From: Thermodesulfobacteriota bacterium
Lineage (GTDB): Bacteria; Desulfobacterota_D; UBA1144; Nemesobacterales; Nemesobacteraceae
NCBI GenBank assembly: GCA_965116075.1
Contig: OZ220467.1
Location: 64,191-128,190 of the forward strand
Reading direction: 5' to 3'
DNA: 64,000 nt
Shown: in pieces, positions 7,951 through 20,552 of the stretch
Layout: every line of letters starts with the position of its first letter
Position numbering within the stretch: the first letter of the stretch is position 1
The notes under the pieces: generated by a model
Seen by the model: the letters and a program-made list of their open reading frames with translations, nothing else
Told to the model about the DNA's origin: nothing
Database searches by the model: none
Position numbers and translations under genes: made by a program

Positions 7951-9735
7951 ATGAGTAGACAGATGTCTCAGGATAATAAGATTGATCTGCACGCGGTCAC
8001 AGTACGTCCTACCTATGGGGAACAGGAGCGTCGTCACTGGGACCATTTAGTCAGACTACATCACTATCTTCCATTCCATCGCGTGTTCGGCAAGGGATTG
8101 CGTCATGTAGCGGAAGTTGGGTCGCGTTGGGTCGCGCTTATTGGTTGGCAGGCAGGCGCATTCAAGTTAGCGGCCCGAGACCGCTGGATTGGCTGGAGCG
8201 CCGAGCAGCAGTTTGGACGCTTGCATCTGATTGCCAACAATGTGCGTTTTGTCATTCTGACACGGCAGCGGGTGGCGAACTTGGCATCGCGAGTGCTGGG
8301 TCTGAGTCTGAGGCGGCTGTCTTCGGACATGCAGACAGCGCACGGTTATCCAGTGTTTCTGGCTGAGACGTTCGTAGATATTTCACGTTTTAATGGTACT
8401 TGCTACCGGGCGGCCAACTGGCAGTCTTTCGGGCTAACGCGCGGGTTTGCCCGTGAGTCTGGAGGGTCTGCGCGGTGGCGCTATCATGGTCAACCCAAGG
8501 AGGTCTTCATGTTTAATCTCGTTGATAATGCTAAAGAAGTATTAAGTCAAGAGGAATTACCACCAGAATGGACCGGTGGGGTTCGTAAGGAGCCTATGAC
8601 GGCGCCACAGTTACGCAGTCTCAAAGATGTTCTAGGTAAGGTGCCTGAGTTCCGAAAGTCTCAAGGTAGACGCTATCCTCTTGTCACCGTGTTGGTTCTC
8701 GCTGTCGCCGCCCGTTTGGCTGGATACCGCGGGGTGTCCGCCATAGCGCAGTTCGCCCGACTACTTAGTCAGGAACAGCTTAAGGCCGTTGGAGCGTTCT
8801 ACAGTCCCAGTAAGAAATGCTACACTGCGCCGGTAATTGGCACCTTCCATAACATCTTCGCAAAACTGCCACCCGACACGCTTGATAAAGCGCTGAACCT
8901 GTGGGAAGCCCGCAAGACCTCGCCCGCAGCGCCGGTGGCGATGGACGGCAAGATGATTCGTGGCGCAGCCAAGCAGACTGAGGGTGGAATTAGAATGATG
9001 GTAGCTGCCCTCGAACATAACACCGGCGTGGTTCTCGGTCAACTAGCAATCAAAGAAAAGAGCAGTGAGATGCTAGTGGTACGCGACCTAGCCAATAAAC
9101 TCGACATTGCTGGTCGTACTGTCACTCTAGATGCGCTGCATGCCCAGCAGGATACGGCGCGCTGTCTGCTGGAAAATGGAGCCGACTATGTGATGACCGC
9201 CATCAAGGACAATCAAAGAACGATCAGCAAGGAAATAAAGGGATTGGACTTTGATGCTGTGCCAGGATGGACAACCGAAGATTATAAACATGGGAGGATT
9301 GAAGAACGGACCTGTTGGGTAGTAGACCTATCCGGTTCTGAGTGGGATGGACATGTAGGCATGCACGGACGGCGTCAAGCCATACGCATAGTCCGCAAGC
9401 GCACTGAGAAGAAGACAGGTAAAACCAGTTGCGAGACTGTCTATGCTCTGACCTCACTTGGCCCAGAGCAGGCTGGAGCCAAGGAGTTACTTGCTCTGGT
9501 TCGCAACCACTGGCACATTGAGAACCGTCTGCATTATGTGCGTGACTTCACCTACGATGAAGACCGTTGTCGGGTATCAAAAGGGTACTTACCGGAAAAT
9601 CTTTCCTGTCTGAGCAACGTTGCCATCGCCATAGTGCGTTGTGAAGGTAGATTCAACTATCTGCCTGAAGCTAACCGACACTATGCCGCCCGGCCTCAGG
9701 AAGCTATTGAACTTATAATGAAGCCGTTGAACTGA
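7951..9735 (+). CDS. ISAs1-family transposase with an N-terminal DUF4338-like extension (fusion protein)
   Basis: The C-terminal about 385 aa carry the ISAs1 signature NHWHIENRLHYVRDFTYDEDRCRV and the DDE_Tnp_1-associated N-domain (RRYPLVTVLVLAVAARLAGYRGVSAIAQF). The N-terminal about 190 aa (IGWSAEQQFGRLHLIANNVRFVIL...YRAANWQSFGLTRG) parallel the DUF4338 protein at 28303..29196. GC is markedly higher than the flanks. Confidence 0.8.
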   Translation: MSRQMSQDNKIDLHAVTVRPTYGEQERRHWDHLVRLHHYLPFHRVFGKGLRHVAEVGSRWVALIGWQAGAFKLAARDRWIGWSAEQQFGRLHLIANNVRFVILTRQRVANLASRVLGLSLRRLSSDMQTAHGYPVFLAETFVDISRFNGTCYRAANWQSFGLTRGFARESGGSARWRYHGQPKEVFMFNLVDNAKEVLSQEELPPEWTGGVRKEPMTAPQLRSLKDVLGKVPEFRKSQGRRYPLVTVLVLAVAARLAGYRGVSAIAQFARLLSQEQLKAVGAFYSPSKKCYTAPVIGTFHNIFAKLPPDTLDKALNLWEARKTSPAAPVAMDGKMIRGAAKQTEGGIRMMVAALEHNTGVVLGQLAIKEKSSEMLVVRDLANKLDIAGRTVTLDALHAQQDTARCLLENGADYVMTAIKDNQRTISKEIKGLDFDAVPGWTTEDYKHGRIEERTCWVVDLSGSEWDGHVGMHGRRQAIRIVRKRTEKKTGKTSCETVYALTSLGPEQAGAKELLALVRNHWHIENRLHYVRDFTYDEDRCRVSKGYLPENLSCLSNVAIAIVRCEGRFNYLPEANRHYAARPQEAIELIMKPLN

Positions 9736-9958
9736 ACGGTCGCACTTTACTCACAACCCCGCCGGATAGCCTGTGCACTGCTCAGGTCTGATACCCTACG
9801 CCTACTGGACGGACAAAGGCTGCGTACACTGTAAGATGAAGCCAAGTGGTACCCTTGTTTCTTGCTAAAACTCTCCATCTGAAGTCCAAATCACAATCTA
9901 AACACTCCAAAACCTCTATCTACCCAACCCTATACAAAGTCCCCGCTACGAAAACTGA

Positions 9959-10612
9959 ATGGTCCTGTCTACAAGCCCTGCAGATAGAGCTGAGTTACTT
10001 GGGCGAGTCCACTCTCTCATAAATAGTTTAGCTACCTGTGTTGCAGATAATAGTTTGAAACATAAAAACGTATACGCTTTCATCATGTCAACAAATCAAA
10101 AGGGCACCGTCTTAGCTAACGGAAACGACGCCAATCTAAATGGTCTTAATTTTGACCTAGAAGATAAAGAGTTGAAAGGAGAGGACAAAAAAGTAGTAAA
10201 CCTGTTCCGAAGCAGTCTGGATAAAAATGGTGACGGTAATCCTGTAGCAGGAGAGTCCGCTCATGTCACCTACAGATGGGACGACCCCCAAAAGAATGGA
10301 GATGAATACGATGGTGACTACCTTAAAGATAAAGTTGTTCCCGGCAATTCAACTAAAAAAGGTTATATTGAAGTTGCTTGGATATCCAAAGCGTTTGAGG
10401 ATGAATACGACAATGTCGAACTACAAAACGCTCCAGTTATTTTCGGTTCGGGATATTATCTCTCCGATCCCCCGGCGACTGGAATGACAAAGGATGATGA
10501 CGACGGATGTGCGCTTGCGGGAACAGAACATACATCTCACAGCGTATTAGTTAATCTATTGCTGATAAGTTCTGTTCTTCTCTCTGTTGTTTTCCTGAGA
10601 AGGCGTGCTTAA
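9959..10612 (+). CDS. sCache_2-like periplasmic sensor domain fragment with a C-terminal GC+TM+RRR sorting-signal-like tail; probably a remnant truncated at the 5' end
   Basis: Cache-like pattern YAFIMSTNQKGTVLANGNDANLNGLNFDLEDKELKG...HVTYRWDDPQ...KKGYIEVAWISK. C-terminus DDDDGCALAGTEHTSHSVLVNLLLISSVLLSVVFLRRRA. No signal peptide or start context. It sits directly 3' of the ISAs1 element. Confidence 0.4.
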   Translation: MVLSTSPADRAELLGRVHSLINSLATCVADNSLKHKNVYAFIMSTNQKGTVLANGNDANLNGLNFDLEDKELKGEDKKVVNLFRSSLDKNGDGNPVAGESAHVTYRWDDPQKNGDEYDGDYLKDKVVPGNSTKKGYIEVAWISKAFEDEYDNVELQNAPVIFGSGYYLSDPPATGMTKDDDDGCALAGTEHTSHSVLVNLLLISSVLLSVVFLRRRA

Positions 10613-10640
10613 TTGAAATTATAGATTTAAAGTTTTATTG

Positions 10641-10680
10641 ATCAAACAAGGGTAGCCCCTTAAAGGTTGCCCTTGTTTTC
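10641..10680 (+). terminator. Putative rho-independent terminator after the Cache-like ORF
   Basis: Stem-loop AACAAGGGTAGCC...GGTTGCCCTTGTT followed by a T-run. Confidence 0.35.
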
Positions 10681-11087
10681 TGATAGTATTAGAACCTCTT
10701 TTTCCCTATCAATGTCTTGTTCGCGAGAATTCTCCAAGTTTTCGACACATTTGTTTTATCCTTTGACAATAAAGAGAGACAAGAGCACGATGAATCTCCC
10801 TGAATTTTATCGCCACCGATACTAGAGCGCGCTTGCCGACCTAAGTGAAAAAGATAGTTAGTGTCCAACAGAAAACCCCCTTTTTGGGGGATATTAGACC
10901 GCTATTTTGCCTGATCCGAGCGTCAAACGGAAGTTGACTTAGATTTCTTTGTGGATTTTGCGCGTATTAAGCAGTTATTTTCTACTTTTGAGACCAATTC
11001 TAGTGCTCCTAATCACCATTAGCGCATAGGTCGCCGTTCCCGCTTAGTGCGGGTTAAAAAATTAGTGTTTTTTGGGAGGTGAAGTCG

Positions 11088-12494
11088 TCAGGCCGCGTGT
11101 CGTCGTCGCTTACGCCGACGTAGTAGAAGACCTATACGGTGGATGTTAAAGGCGGCTATGGAGAGTGACACCGTGCGAGCAAAACCATCTGCTCCACGCG
11201 CTCGGACACGATCCAACCCTCGGTGCTCAAGGTTATTTATCGCTGATTCCACTGCAGAATGCTTGCGACGCATCGCTACGAATTCTTCGCCTTGCTCTCG
11301 CTCTAGATCAGCCTTATTGGAACGACCCTTCTTCGGTAACACGTTGTGTTCAAGCAACTCGTCAAGCTTAATACGGTTTTCCGGACTGTGAAAACCACGG
11401 TCAAAACTCACCGCCCGCAGACTCGAAAACAACTCCTGGCCTCGTTTCACCATCTTCACCGCATAGTCCACGTCACTACCCTCCCACATCACCTCATGGT
11501 GAAGTATAAAACCAAAATGGTCTTCTAAAATACACACTGGCACTCCCAGTTCTACAGGACATCCTGCTTTCCCCTTCGAAATCCAGCGCGTGTGTGGCTC
11601 AAATATTGAAAACACTTTCTCACTATGCGGAATCTTTTCTCCCTGCAAAACACGACGGTTAACCTGGTCTATTTGTCGCTTCGCATGCTCAATATCTTTC
11701 TTGATCCTGTTGATGATTTTAACTTTCTCTCTTTTTGCAACCAGATACGGAAGCGTCTTCTCAGCACGCTTAACAATCTCTTCACAGCGCCCAAGATACT
11801 CTTCTACTCTTTGTGGCCTAGCTCGGTTGGCTCTTCTCACATCTTGAAACAAATCCTTAATCCTCTGCGTCAAGTGCTTCCACTGACGCCAGCCCGACAC
11901 TCCACGCCCCCTCGCTGCCTTGCTCGTCACTCGAATCAAACTCCGCATCGCATCCCACAAAAGATTCACATCCGTGGGATAGTGCACATTGGTCTCCGCC
12001 ACAAACGAATCACACCGCCCGCGTAAAAGCTCACCAAATTTCTTCCCTGCTACCTCATGACCAACTTCCACAATCAGAGCATTGATCTCATCAAGAATCT
12101 CAGGACTTAAAAGATTTACATTATCTACCATCGTCTGATAATTGTATTGATACTTGTCCCAGACCTTCACATGCCCGAGAAACTCACGTAGCGCAGTGTG
12201 CTGGTTCACCATGTCGTGAAGATGGTCAAAATCGCAACCTGTCCCCTGCTTGACCATACCCATCATAAAAATCCGCCACACCTCCATACCCGGTCTTCCT
12301 ACTTTCTTGTTGACCTTGGGAAGAATTTTCTCTTCAAGAATGGCAAACAGACCATTGCGAAATTTCTCGTTTTTGTACAGATGCTGAATCCCTTGTAAAA
12401 TGACTGGAAGATCGTCTCTGCATTTGTGGTCCAATTCAATATCCTCAATACTAACTCCGCCGAATTTCATCTGTCTATCACGTATTTTTCTCAT
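11088..12494 (-). CDS. IS5/IS1182-superfamily DDE transposase with a DUF772-like N-terminal domain
   Basis: 468 aa. N-terminus VGRPGMEVWRIFMMGMVKQGTGCDFDHL (InsH N-domain pattern). Central ETNVHYPTDVNLLWD. C-terminal ESAINNLEHRGLDRV. GC is higher than the host. Confidence 0.7.
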   Translation of the reverse strand: MRKIRDRQMKFGGVSIEDIELDHKCRDDLPVILQGIQHLYKNEKFRNGLFAILEEKILPKVNKKVGRPGMEVWRIFMMGMVKQGTGCDFDHLHDMVNQHTALREFLGHVKVWDKYQYNYQTMVDNVNLLSPEILDEINALIVEVGHEVAGKKFGELLRGRCDSFVAETNVHYPTDVNLLWDAMRSLIRVTSKAARGRGVSGWRQWKHLTQRIKDLFQDVRRANRARPQRVEEYLGRCEEIVKRAEKTLPYLVAKREKVKIINRIKKDIEHAKRQIDQVNRRVLQGEKIPHSEKVFSIFEPHTRWISKGKAGCPVELGVPVCILEDHFGFILHHEVMWEGSDVDYAVKMVKRGQELFSSLRAVSFDRGFHSPENRIKLDELLEHNVLPKKGRSNKADLEREQGEEFVAMRRKHSAVESAINNLEHRGLDRVRARGADGFARTVSLSIAAFNIHRIGLLLRRRKRRRHAA

Positions 12495-12969
12495 GCTTTC
12501 CTCCCGAAGAATTGCTGAAATTGGTATAATTTGGGCATAAATGGCTTAAAAACGGCTTTTTGCCTCAATATTCGGGGTAAAATATACTTAGTTAATTAAG
12601 TAAAGTCAATATATTATGCCTTTTTCTAGCAGACACTAGTTAGATGGAAAAACAGGCGTTTATTATCAATACAACGCAAAAGACTTGAATCGCTGCTATG
12701 TTTCCACTTACCTGAATGAGTTGAAGTTTGAGGTTATAGCAGTCAAACACAATCTAAATACCGTGCGGTGTAGAAGTTATCTGGATTAGGCGTGTTGCGC
12801 GTCTCATTCAGAATGCAAAAATTGTGTGACGCAGGCCAATCAAAAACTTTTAGAAGCATGGTTCAGGAATCAAATGCTCTGATTGAATAAAAAGAGAAAC
12901 ATGTGTTTATATTAGTGTCAGGACAATAGAGTGGCTGGAAAAAATCGTAAATAGAATAGTCTATTTAAT

Positions 12970-13377
12970 TCAAATTTGCTTGCCCGCTCTGGCACGCGCT
13001 ATCCTGAGTTTCTTATCAAGTTCGGTCCTTTGTAAAAGGTCTCCATCTAAAGAATTCTCATCCAGTTGTCTTTGAAGAATCTCAGCATCTTTTTCCGCCG
13101 CAAGAACATCAACATCTTTAGGTTTCTCGGAACAATCAGTCAGTATACTTACGGTATTATCTTTAACATCCGCAAGCCCACCATGAATTATAAAAACATC
13201 TTCTTTGTCTCCGTTTACGAATTTGAGCCTTCCAGGAAAAAGTACTGAGAGAAAAGGTACATGACCAGGGAGAATTCCGAATTCTCCCAGTTCCCCCGGA
13301 GCCACAAGTTCCTCCACCTCGCCATCATAAACAAGCCTCTGCGGGGTTATTATCTTAAGCCTCAGTTTTTCAGCCAA
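12970..13377 (-). CDS. atpC: F1Fo ATP synthase epsilon subunit
   Basis: 135 aa (LKIITPQRLVYDGEVEELVAPGELGEFGILPGHVP). Confidence 0.9.
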   Translation of the reverse strand: MAEKLRLKIITPQRLVYDGEVEELVAPGELGEFGILPGHVPFLSVLFPGRLKFVNGDKEDVFIIHGGLADVKDNTVSILTDCSEKPKDVDVLAAEKDAEILQRQLDENSLDGDLLQRTELDKKLRIARARAGKQI

Positions 13378-13395
13378 TGCACTGATCTCCTCTAG

Positions 13396-15761
<2,366 letters not shown>

Positions 15762-15788
15762 TTTATCTTATCTTTAATCGTTATAGCA

Positions 15789-17306
15789 TCAGGTAAAATC
15801 GCCGAGTTGATTTTTAAGTTCCTCAAGAGCGGTCTTTACGTTTTCGCGAAGGTCGTCTGTAACAACTTTTTTCTCTCTGATCTCTGTAAGGTACTGAGGA
15901 TATTTTGATTCAAAGAAGGAAAACATTTCCTTTTCATACTTTCTGACCGCAGAAACGGGATAATCATCAACATAGCCATTTGTGACGGCAAATATTATCA
16001 GCACCTGCTTTTCAACAGCCTGAGGTTCGTACTGATCTTGTTTGAGCGCCTCAACAAGCCTGCTTCCACGCGCAAGCTGGTTCTGTGTGACTTTGTCAAG
16101 ATCAGACGCGAATTGAGCAAAGGCTTCAACTTCTCTGTACTGGGCAAGTTCCAACCTGAGCGTCCCAGCCACATTCTTCATAGCCTTTATCTGTGCGCTT
16201 CCACCTACCCTAGAAACTGAAAGCCCGACGTTAATCGCGGGGCGGACGCCTGAATAGAAAAGATCGCTTTCAAGGTATATTTGTCCATCGGTGATAGAGA
16301 TAACGTTTGTGGGAATGTAAGCTGACACGTCGCCAGCCTGGGTTTCGATTATCGGAAGCGCGGTGAGTGAACCGCCGCCGTCTTCATCTCTCATCTTGGC
16401 TGCGCGTTCAAGCAGTCTTGAGTGTAGATAGAAAACATCTCCGGGATACGCTTCACGTCCTGGCGGTCTTTTCAAAAGAAGTGAAAGCTGGCGGTAAGAC
16501 CAAGCATGTTTCGTTAGGTCATCGTATATAATTAGGGCGTGGCGACCGCTGTCTCTGAAATACTCTCCAAGGGCGCAACCAGAAAATGGGGCGAGAAACT
16601 GAAACGGCGCAGGAGTGCTTGCAGTTGCGGAAACGATAGTAGTGTAATCCATAGCATCGTGTTCTTTGAGTTTGTCCACGACTTGGGCAACGGTTGACTG
16701 CTTCTGGCCAATGGCGACATATATGCAGTGAACGTTTTCACTTTTTTGGCTTATTATGGTGTCAATCGCAATAGCCGTTTTTCCGACTTGCCGGTCGCCG
16801 AGAATAAGTTCTCTTTGTCCTCTACCTATAGGTATCATGGAATCAACGGCCTTGAGCCCTGTCTGAAGAGGTTCGCTCACCGACTGGCGGTAAATAACGC
16901 CTGGCGCTTTTACCTCAATCTGTCTGGTCTCGGTGGTGGATATCTCTCCAAGCCCGTCAATCGGCCTTCCAAGAGCGTCTACGACTCTTCCTCCCATTGA
17001 CTCTCCCACGGGCACTTCGGCAATGCGCCCGGTGCGCTTAACCATTCCCCCCTCACTCAAATGGGAATCTTCTCCAAAAAGAGCAACGCCAACGTTGTCC
17101 TCCTCAAGATTAAGAACAAGCCCAGTGATTCCACCATCAAATTCAACAAGTTCACCGGCCACCGCTTGGTCAAGACCGTAAACGCGGGCAATCCCATCGC
17201 CAACAGATATAACAGTGCCAACCTCTTCGGTATTAATCTTGCGCTCATAGCCCTTTATTCTGCTTTTTAGAATCTCACCTATACTCTCCGCTTTTAATTC
17301 TTGCAT
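15789..17306 (-). CDS. atpA: F1Fo ATP synthase alpha subunit
   Basis: 505 aa with [15 protein letters not shown]. Confidence 0.95.
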   Translation of the reverse strand: MQELKAESIGEILKSRIKGYERKINTEEVGTVISVGDGIARVYGLDQAVAGELVEFDGGITGLVLNLEEDNVGVALFGEDSHLSEGGMVKRTGRIAEVPVGESMGGRVVDALGRPIDGLGEISTTETRQIEVKAPGVIYRQSVSEPLQTGLKAVDSMIPIGRGQRELILGDRQVGKTAIAIDTIISQKSENVHCIYVAIGQKQSTVAQVVDKLKEHDAMDYTTIVSATASTPAPFQFLAPFSGCALGEYFRDSGRHALIIYDDLTKHAWSYRQLSLLLKRPPGREAYPGDVFYLHSRLLERAAKMRDEDGGGSLTALPIIETQAGDVSAYIPTNVISITDGQIYLESDLFYSGVRPAINVGLSVSRVGGSAQIKAMKNVAGTLRLELAQYREVEAFAQFASDLDKVTQNQLARGSRLVEALKQDQYEPQAVEKQVLIIFAVTNGYVDDYPVSAVRKYEKEMFSFFESKYPQYLTEIREKKVVTDDLRENVKTALEELKNQLGDFT

Positions 17307-17338
17307 TGCTGACTCCTTTGGAATTTTTACTGTCCAGA

Positions 17339-17881
17339 TTAGGACGGGGAAAGAACTCCTCTTATTCTCTCAAGTTGAGTTCTTACGCTGTTATCGTAAA
17401 CCTTGTCACCAACTTTCACTTTTATTCCACCTATCATGGAAGGATCAACATCCACAACCACCTCTACCGTTTTCCCCGTCGCCGCAGAAATCGCCTTTGA
17501 AAGTCTATGAATATCACCGCTCTCAAGTTGAGTTGCGGATACAACCTCCGCAATCACCTTGCCCGCCGCTTCGTCAAGTTTAGCGAGTACAGAATCCCTT
17601 GAGTTGAGAAGCGCTGGAATTTTATCCATCTCAAGCGCAAGCAGAATGAATCTTGCGGTAACATCACGAAAAGAAGCGGCTGAAAGGAAATCGGTTGCAA
17701 CCGACTTTTTCTCCTCCTGGGAAAACACCGTACTCACAAGAACGTCACGAAACTCTCTGGATTCAGAAAGATGACTAAAGAAACTCTCCATATCAGCTTT
17801 CACCATGACAAGTTCCTGACTGTCCGTGGTAGACTCCACAAGGGCGGAGACAATGTCTCTTAATGTTGCAACTGTTGCCAT
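17339..17881 (-). CDS. atpH: F1Fo ATP synthase delta subunit
   Basis: 180 aa OSCP/delta-like protein placed between the b and alpha genes. Confidence 0.8.
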   Translation of the reverse strand: MATVATLRDIVSALVESTTDSQELVMVKADMESFFSHLSESREFRDVLVSTVFSQEEKKSVATDFLSAASFRDVTARFILLALEMDKIPALLNSRDSVLAKLDEAAGKVIAEVVSATQLESGDIHRLSKAISAATGKTVEVVVDVDPSMIGGIKVKVGDKVYDNSVRTQLERIRGVLSPS

Positions 17882-18396
17882 TTTCCTTGCTCAATCATTT
17901 TGATTAAATCGTCAACCGAACTGGTCGCAAAATCCCTGTCAACTCGCTCTTTTATCATCTTCTCTGCAAGAGCAAGCGCAGAGTTAACCACCTCCTCTTG
18001 TATTTCCGTAACAGCCTTTGTGGTCTCAAGGCGAATCGTGTCTTGAACTTCACGCTTTATCATCTCACAACTTTTGTGAGCCTGAGAAACTATCTCGTCT
18101 CTTTCCGTTGTGCCCTGTTTCTTTATGTTTTCCTCAAGAGTCTTTATCTCTTCAGATACCGCTTTGAGTCTAGCTGAGTAATCCTCAAGAGTCTGTCTCG
18201 CGTTCTTTGCCTCCCGCGCCGCTCTGTCGACTTCAGAGCGAAGTCTTTCTTTCCTGTTTTTGAGAAATGACATAAGGGGATTTTTCAGAAGATAGGTCAA
18301 AAGCCCCAGAAGAAGCGCAAGATTAACCGTATACTTTGCTACAAACACCCAGTCAAAATTACTATCCAATTTCATCCCCCTGCGGTAAAGAAGCAC
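17860..18396 (-). CDS. atpF: F1Fo ATP synthase subunit b
   Basis: N-terminal TM helix then a long charged coiled coil. Position in the operon. Confidence 0.75.
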   Translation of the reverse strand: MLLYRRGMKLDSNFDWVFVAKYTVNLALLLGLLTYLLKNPLMSFLKNRKERLRSEVDRAAREAKNARQTLEDYSARLKAVSEEIKTLEENIKKQGTTERDEIVSQAHKSCEMIKREVQDTIRLETTKAVTEIQEEVVNSALALAEKMIKERVDRDFATSSVDDLIKMIEQGKWQQLQH

Positions 18397-18408
18397 CTAG
18401 TCCTTTGA

Positions 18409-18936
18409 TCATCGCTGTCCCTCACTACGCAGAACTTGATCGGTTATCTCTGCGGCAAGAGACTCTATCTCTACCTCAAGATCTGTCCTAATTCCAGCAA
18501 CCATGGTCCCAAGCGTCCTTCTTGCAGATTCAAGTTCTGTCTGAGCGGATTCTTTTGCTTCGGCAAGCATTGTTGATGACTGGCTCTGTCCCTGCTGTCT
18601 CAGTTCATTTCTCGCCTCATTCGCTTGCGATCTCGCTTGGGCAAGTTTTTCGTTATATTCGCCGATAGCGTCTTCTGCCCTACGGGTCATCTCCTCAGCG
18701 TTGCGCAAAGTGCCAGCCGTAAGCTCATCCCTTCTATCTTGAATACGAAGCAGTGGTCGAAAAATCAAAGTGTTGAGCAGGTACAACCCCAGAAGAAAAA
18801 TTACGAACTGTATGACCAAATTAAGAGGGTCGACGCTTAGAGAAACTCCTCCTGCATTGGCCGAGGGCGTTGCCATCAATAGCGTGAAAATAAAAAAGTA
18901 CAGAAATACGGTTTTATTATAAAATCTCATAATCAA
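18409..18936 (-). CDS. F1Fo ATP synthase subunit b' (second b-type subunit)
   Basis: Second b-like protein (TM helix plus charged helix) directly upstream of atpF. Confidence 0.7.
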   Translation of the reverse strand: MIMRFYNKTVFLYFFIFTLLMATPSANAGGVSLSVDPLNLVIQFVIFLLGLYLLNTLIFRPLLRIQDRRDELTAGTLRNAEEMTRRAEDAIGEYNEKLAQARSQANEARNELRQQGQSQSSTMLAEAKESAQTELESARRTLGTMVAGIRTDLEVEIESLAAEITDQVLRSEGQR

Positions 18937-18965
18937 ATTGGGGATTGCTTTTTATCGCTTTTCGA

Positions 18966-20261
18966 CTAACTCACGCTTTCTCCCGCTCTGAACAGATAAC
19001 TCAGAAGTGGAGGCACTATAAGGGTTGTCAGTATAACCGTTAACGTCACTGCCGAGAAGAGTTCTGTGTTAAAAACTCCGTAAACAAGGCCAAGTTGAGC
19101 GAAGATAAGCCCAACCTCCCCTCTAGGTATCATACCAACGCCAACTATACTTTTTTTCACCCCTTTTTCATAAACCGCCCAGCCGCTCACATATTTGCTT
19201 ACAACCGCCACAACGAAAAGAATTAAGGCGATAGCTTGCAGTGGGAGGTTTTCAGGTACCAAGGGGTTAAACACCGAAATATCCACTGCGCCGCCCACCA
19301 TTACGAAAAAAATGGGCGTAAAAAAATTAGAAATTGGCTTGACGCCTTTGTCCACAATATTATGTTGGGCGGTTTCGCGAAGCACCAAACCCGCGGCAAA
19401 CGCCCCTATTATTGGAGCAAGAGAGAATAAATTAGAAAAAGAGGCGTATATCAGACAGAAAATTATTCCCATCATGCACACGCTTTTGTCTCCGAATCTG
19501 CTGAAAAAACTGAAAATTCTCGGAGCGATTATCTTTCCGATCAGTATGCAGACTGTTAAAAATCCAAAAGCTTTTATCGTCACGATGCCAACGGAACTGA
19601 AGGTAATCGCTCCTACGCCGCCTCCAGAATCCGAACCAATAGACTTAACTATGCCGCTTACCACTCCTAGAATTATAAGCCCTACCACATCATCTATAAC
19701 GGCTGAAGTAAGAATGATTTTGGCCTCTTTTGTATGTAGTTTATCAATTTCGGCAAGAACCCTAGCCGTAATTCCTACGCTTGTGGCTGTAAGCGTCGCG
19801 CCAACAACTATTGCGACGATACTAATCATATTCGCCTCAAGGCTTAGCAGTGAAAGCTCTTGAAAATATATTATAGAGAAGTAACCAAGCAGAAAGGGTG
19901 CCACCACTCCAATTATCGCTACAAGCGCCGATACAGGGCCTACTTTTATCAAATCACCCAGTCTTGTCTCAAGACCTATGTCGAAAAGAAGAAGAATGAC
20001 CCCTATCTCCGCAAGGAGATGAAACTCCTGATACCCTTCCATACCTTTAAAAAAAGGGTTGAAATCTGGAAGAGTTAAACTCAGAATTGCGCTCAGAACA
20101 ACCCCTGCTAATAGTTCACCTAAAACGGCAGGTTGGTTAAATCTTTCCGCAAATTTCCCAAATGCCTTAGCGAAAATAAAAATTACCGTGAGAAAAAAAA
20201 GGAATTTTTCTATAGATATTTGTTTCGCTATATGCTCTATTTCTTGCGTCACTTCTGTCAT
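18966..20261 (-). CDS. Cation:proton antiporter (CPA1/Kef-NhaP type Na+/H+ exchanger family)
   Basis: 431 aa polytopic membrane protein with FNQPAVLGELLAGVVLS. Confidence 0.75.
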   Translation of the reverse strand: MTEVTQEIEHIAKQISIEKFLFFLTVIFIFAKAFGKFAERFNQPAVLGELLAGVVLSAILSLTLPDFNPFFKGMEGYQEFHLLAEIGVILLLFDIGLETRLGDLIKVGPVSALVAIIGVVAPFLLGYFSIIYFQELSLLSLEANMISIVAIVVGATLTATSVGITARVLAEIDKLHTKEAKIILTSAVIDDVVGLIILGVVSGIVKSIGSDSGGGVGAITFSSVGIVTIKAFGFLTVCILIGKIIAPRIFSFFSRFGDKSVCMMGIIFCLIYASFSNLFSLAPIIGAFAAGLVLRETAQHNIVDKGVKPISNFFTPIFFVMVGGAVDISVFNPLVPENLPLQAIALILFVVAVVSKYVSGWAVYEKGVKKSIVGVGMIPRGEVGLIFAQLGLVYGVFNTELFSAVTLTVILTTLIVPPLLSYLFRAGESVS

Positions 20262-20552
20262 GGAAAACTAAGTTACTCCTGTGAGATAAAAAGCCGTATT
20301 ATTAACATAGAATAGAAAATCTGTCAAAAACTGATACGTACCGCAATGATTCTAAAGTGTAGTATTTATTGTTAGGGAAAAGCACGGGTATTTTACTTGA
20401 GAAGAACTAATTTTAACCCGCGCAGGTATTAACACTAGCGCTTATCATTGATGGAAGAATACAACAAGCCCCACAAATGATCTGACAGTGATGAAATTAC
20501 ACGACTCATCTTATTTATCAGGACGGAGCAACATCATCTCAAACGTTTCGCT

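Noticed and set aside
8103-8366. Small ORFs inside the ISAs1 transposase region
   Set aside because: Overlapping frames in high-GC coding sequence. Typical spurious ORFs.
19195-19863. 222-aa plus-strand ORF
   Set aside because: Antisense to the cation:proton antiporter gene. A low-complexity hydrophobic mirror translation.
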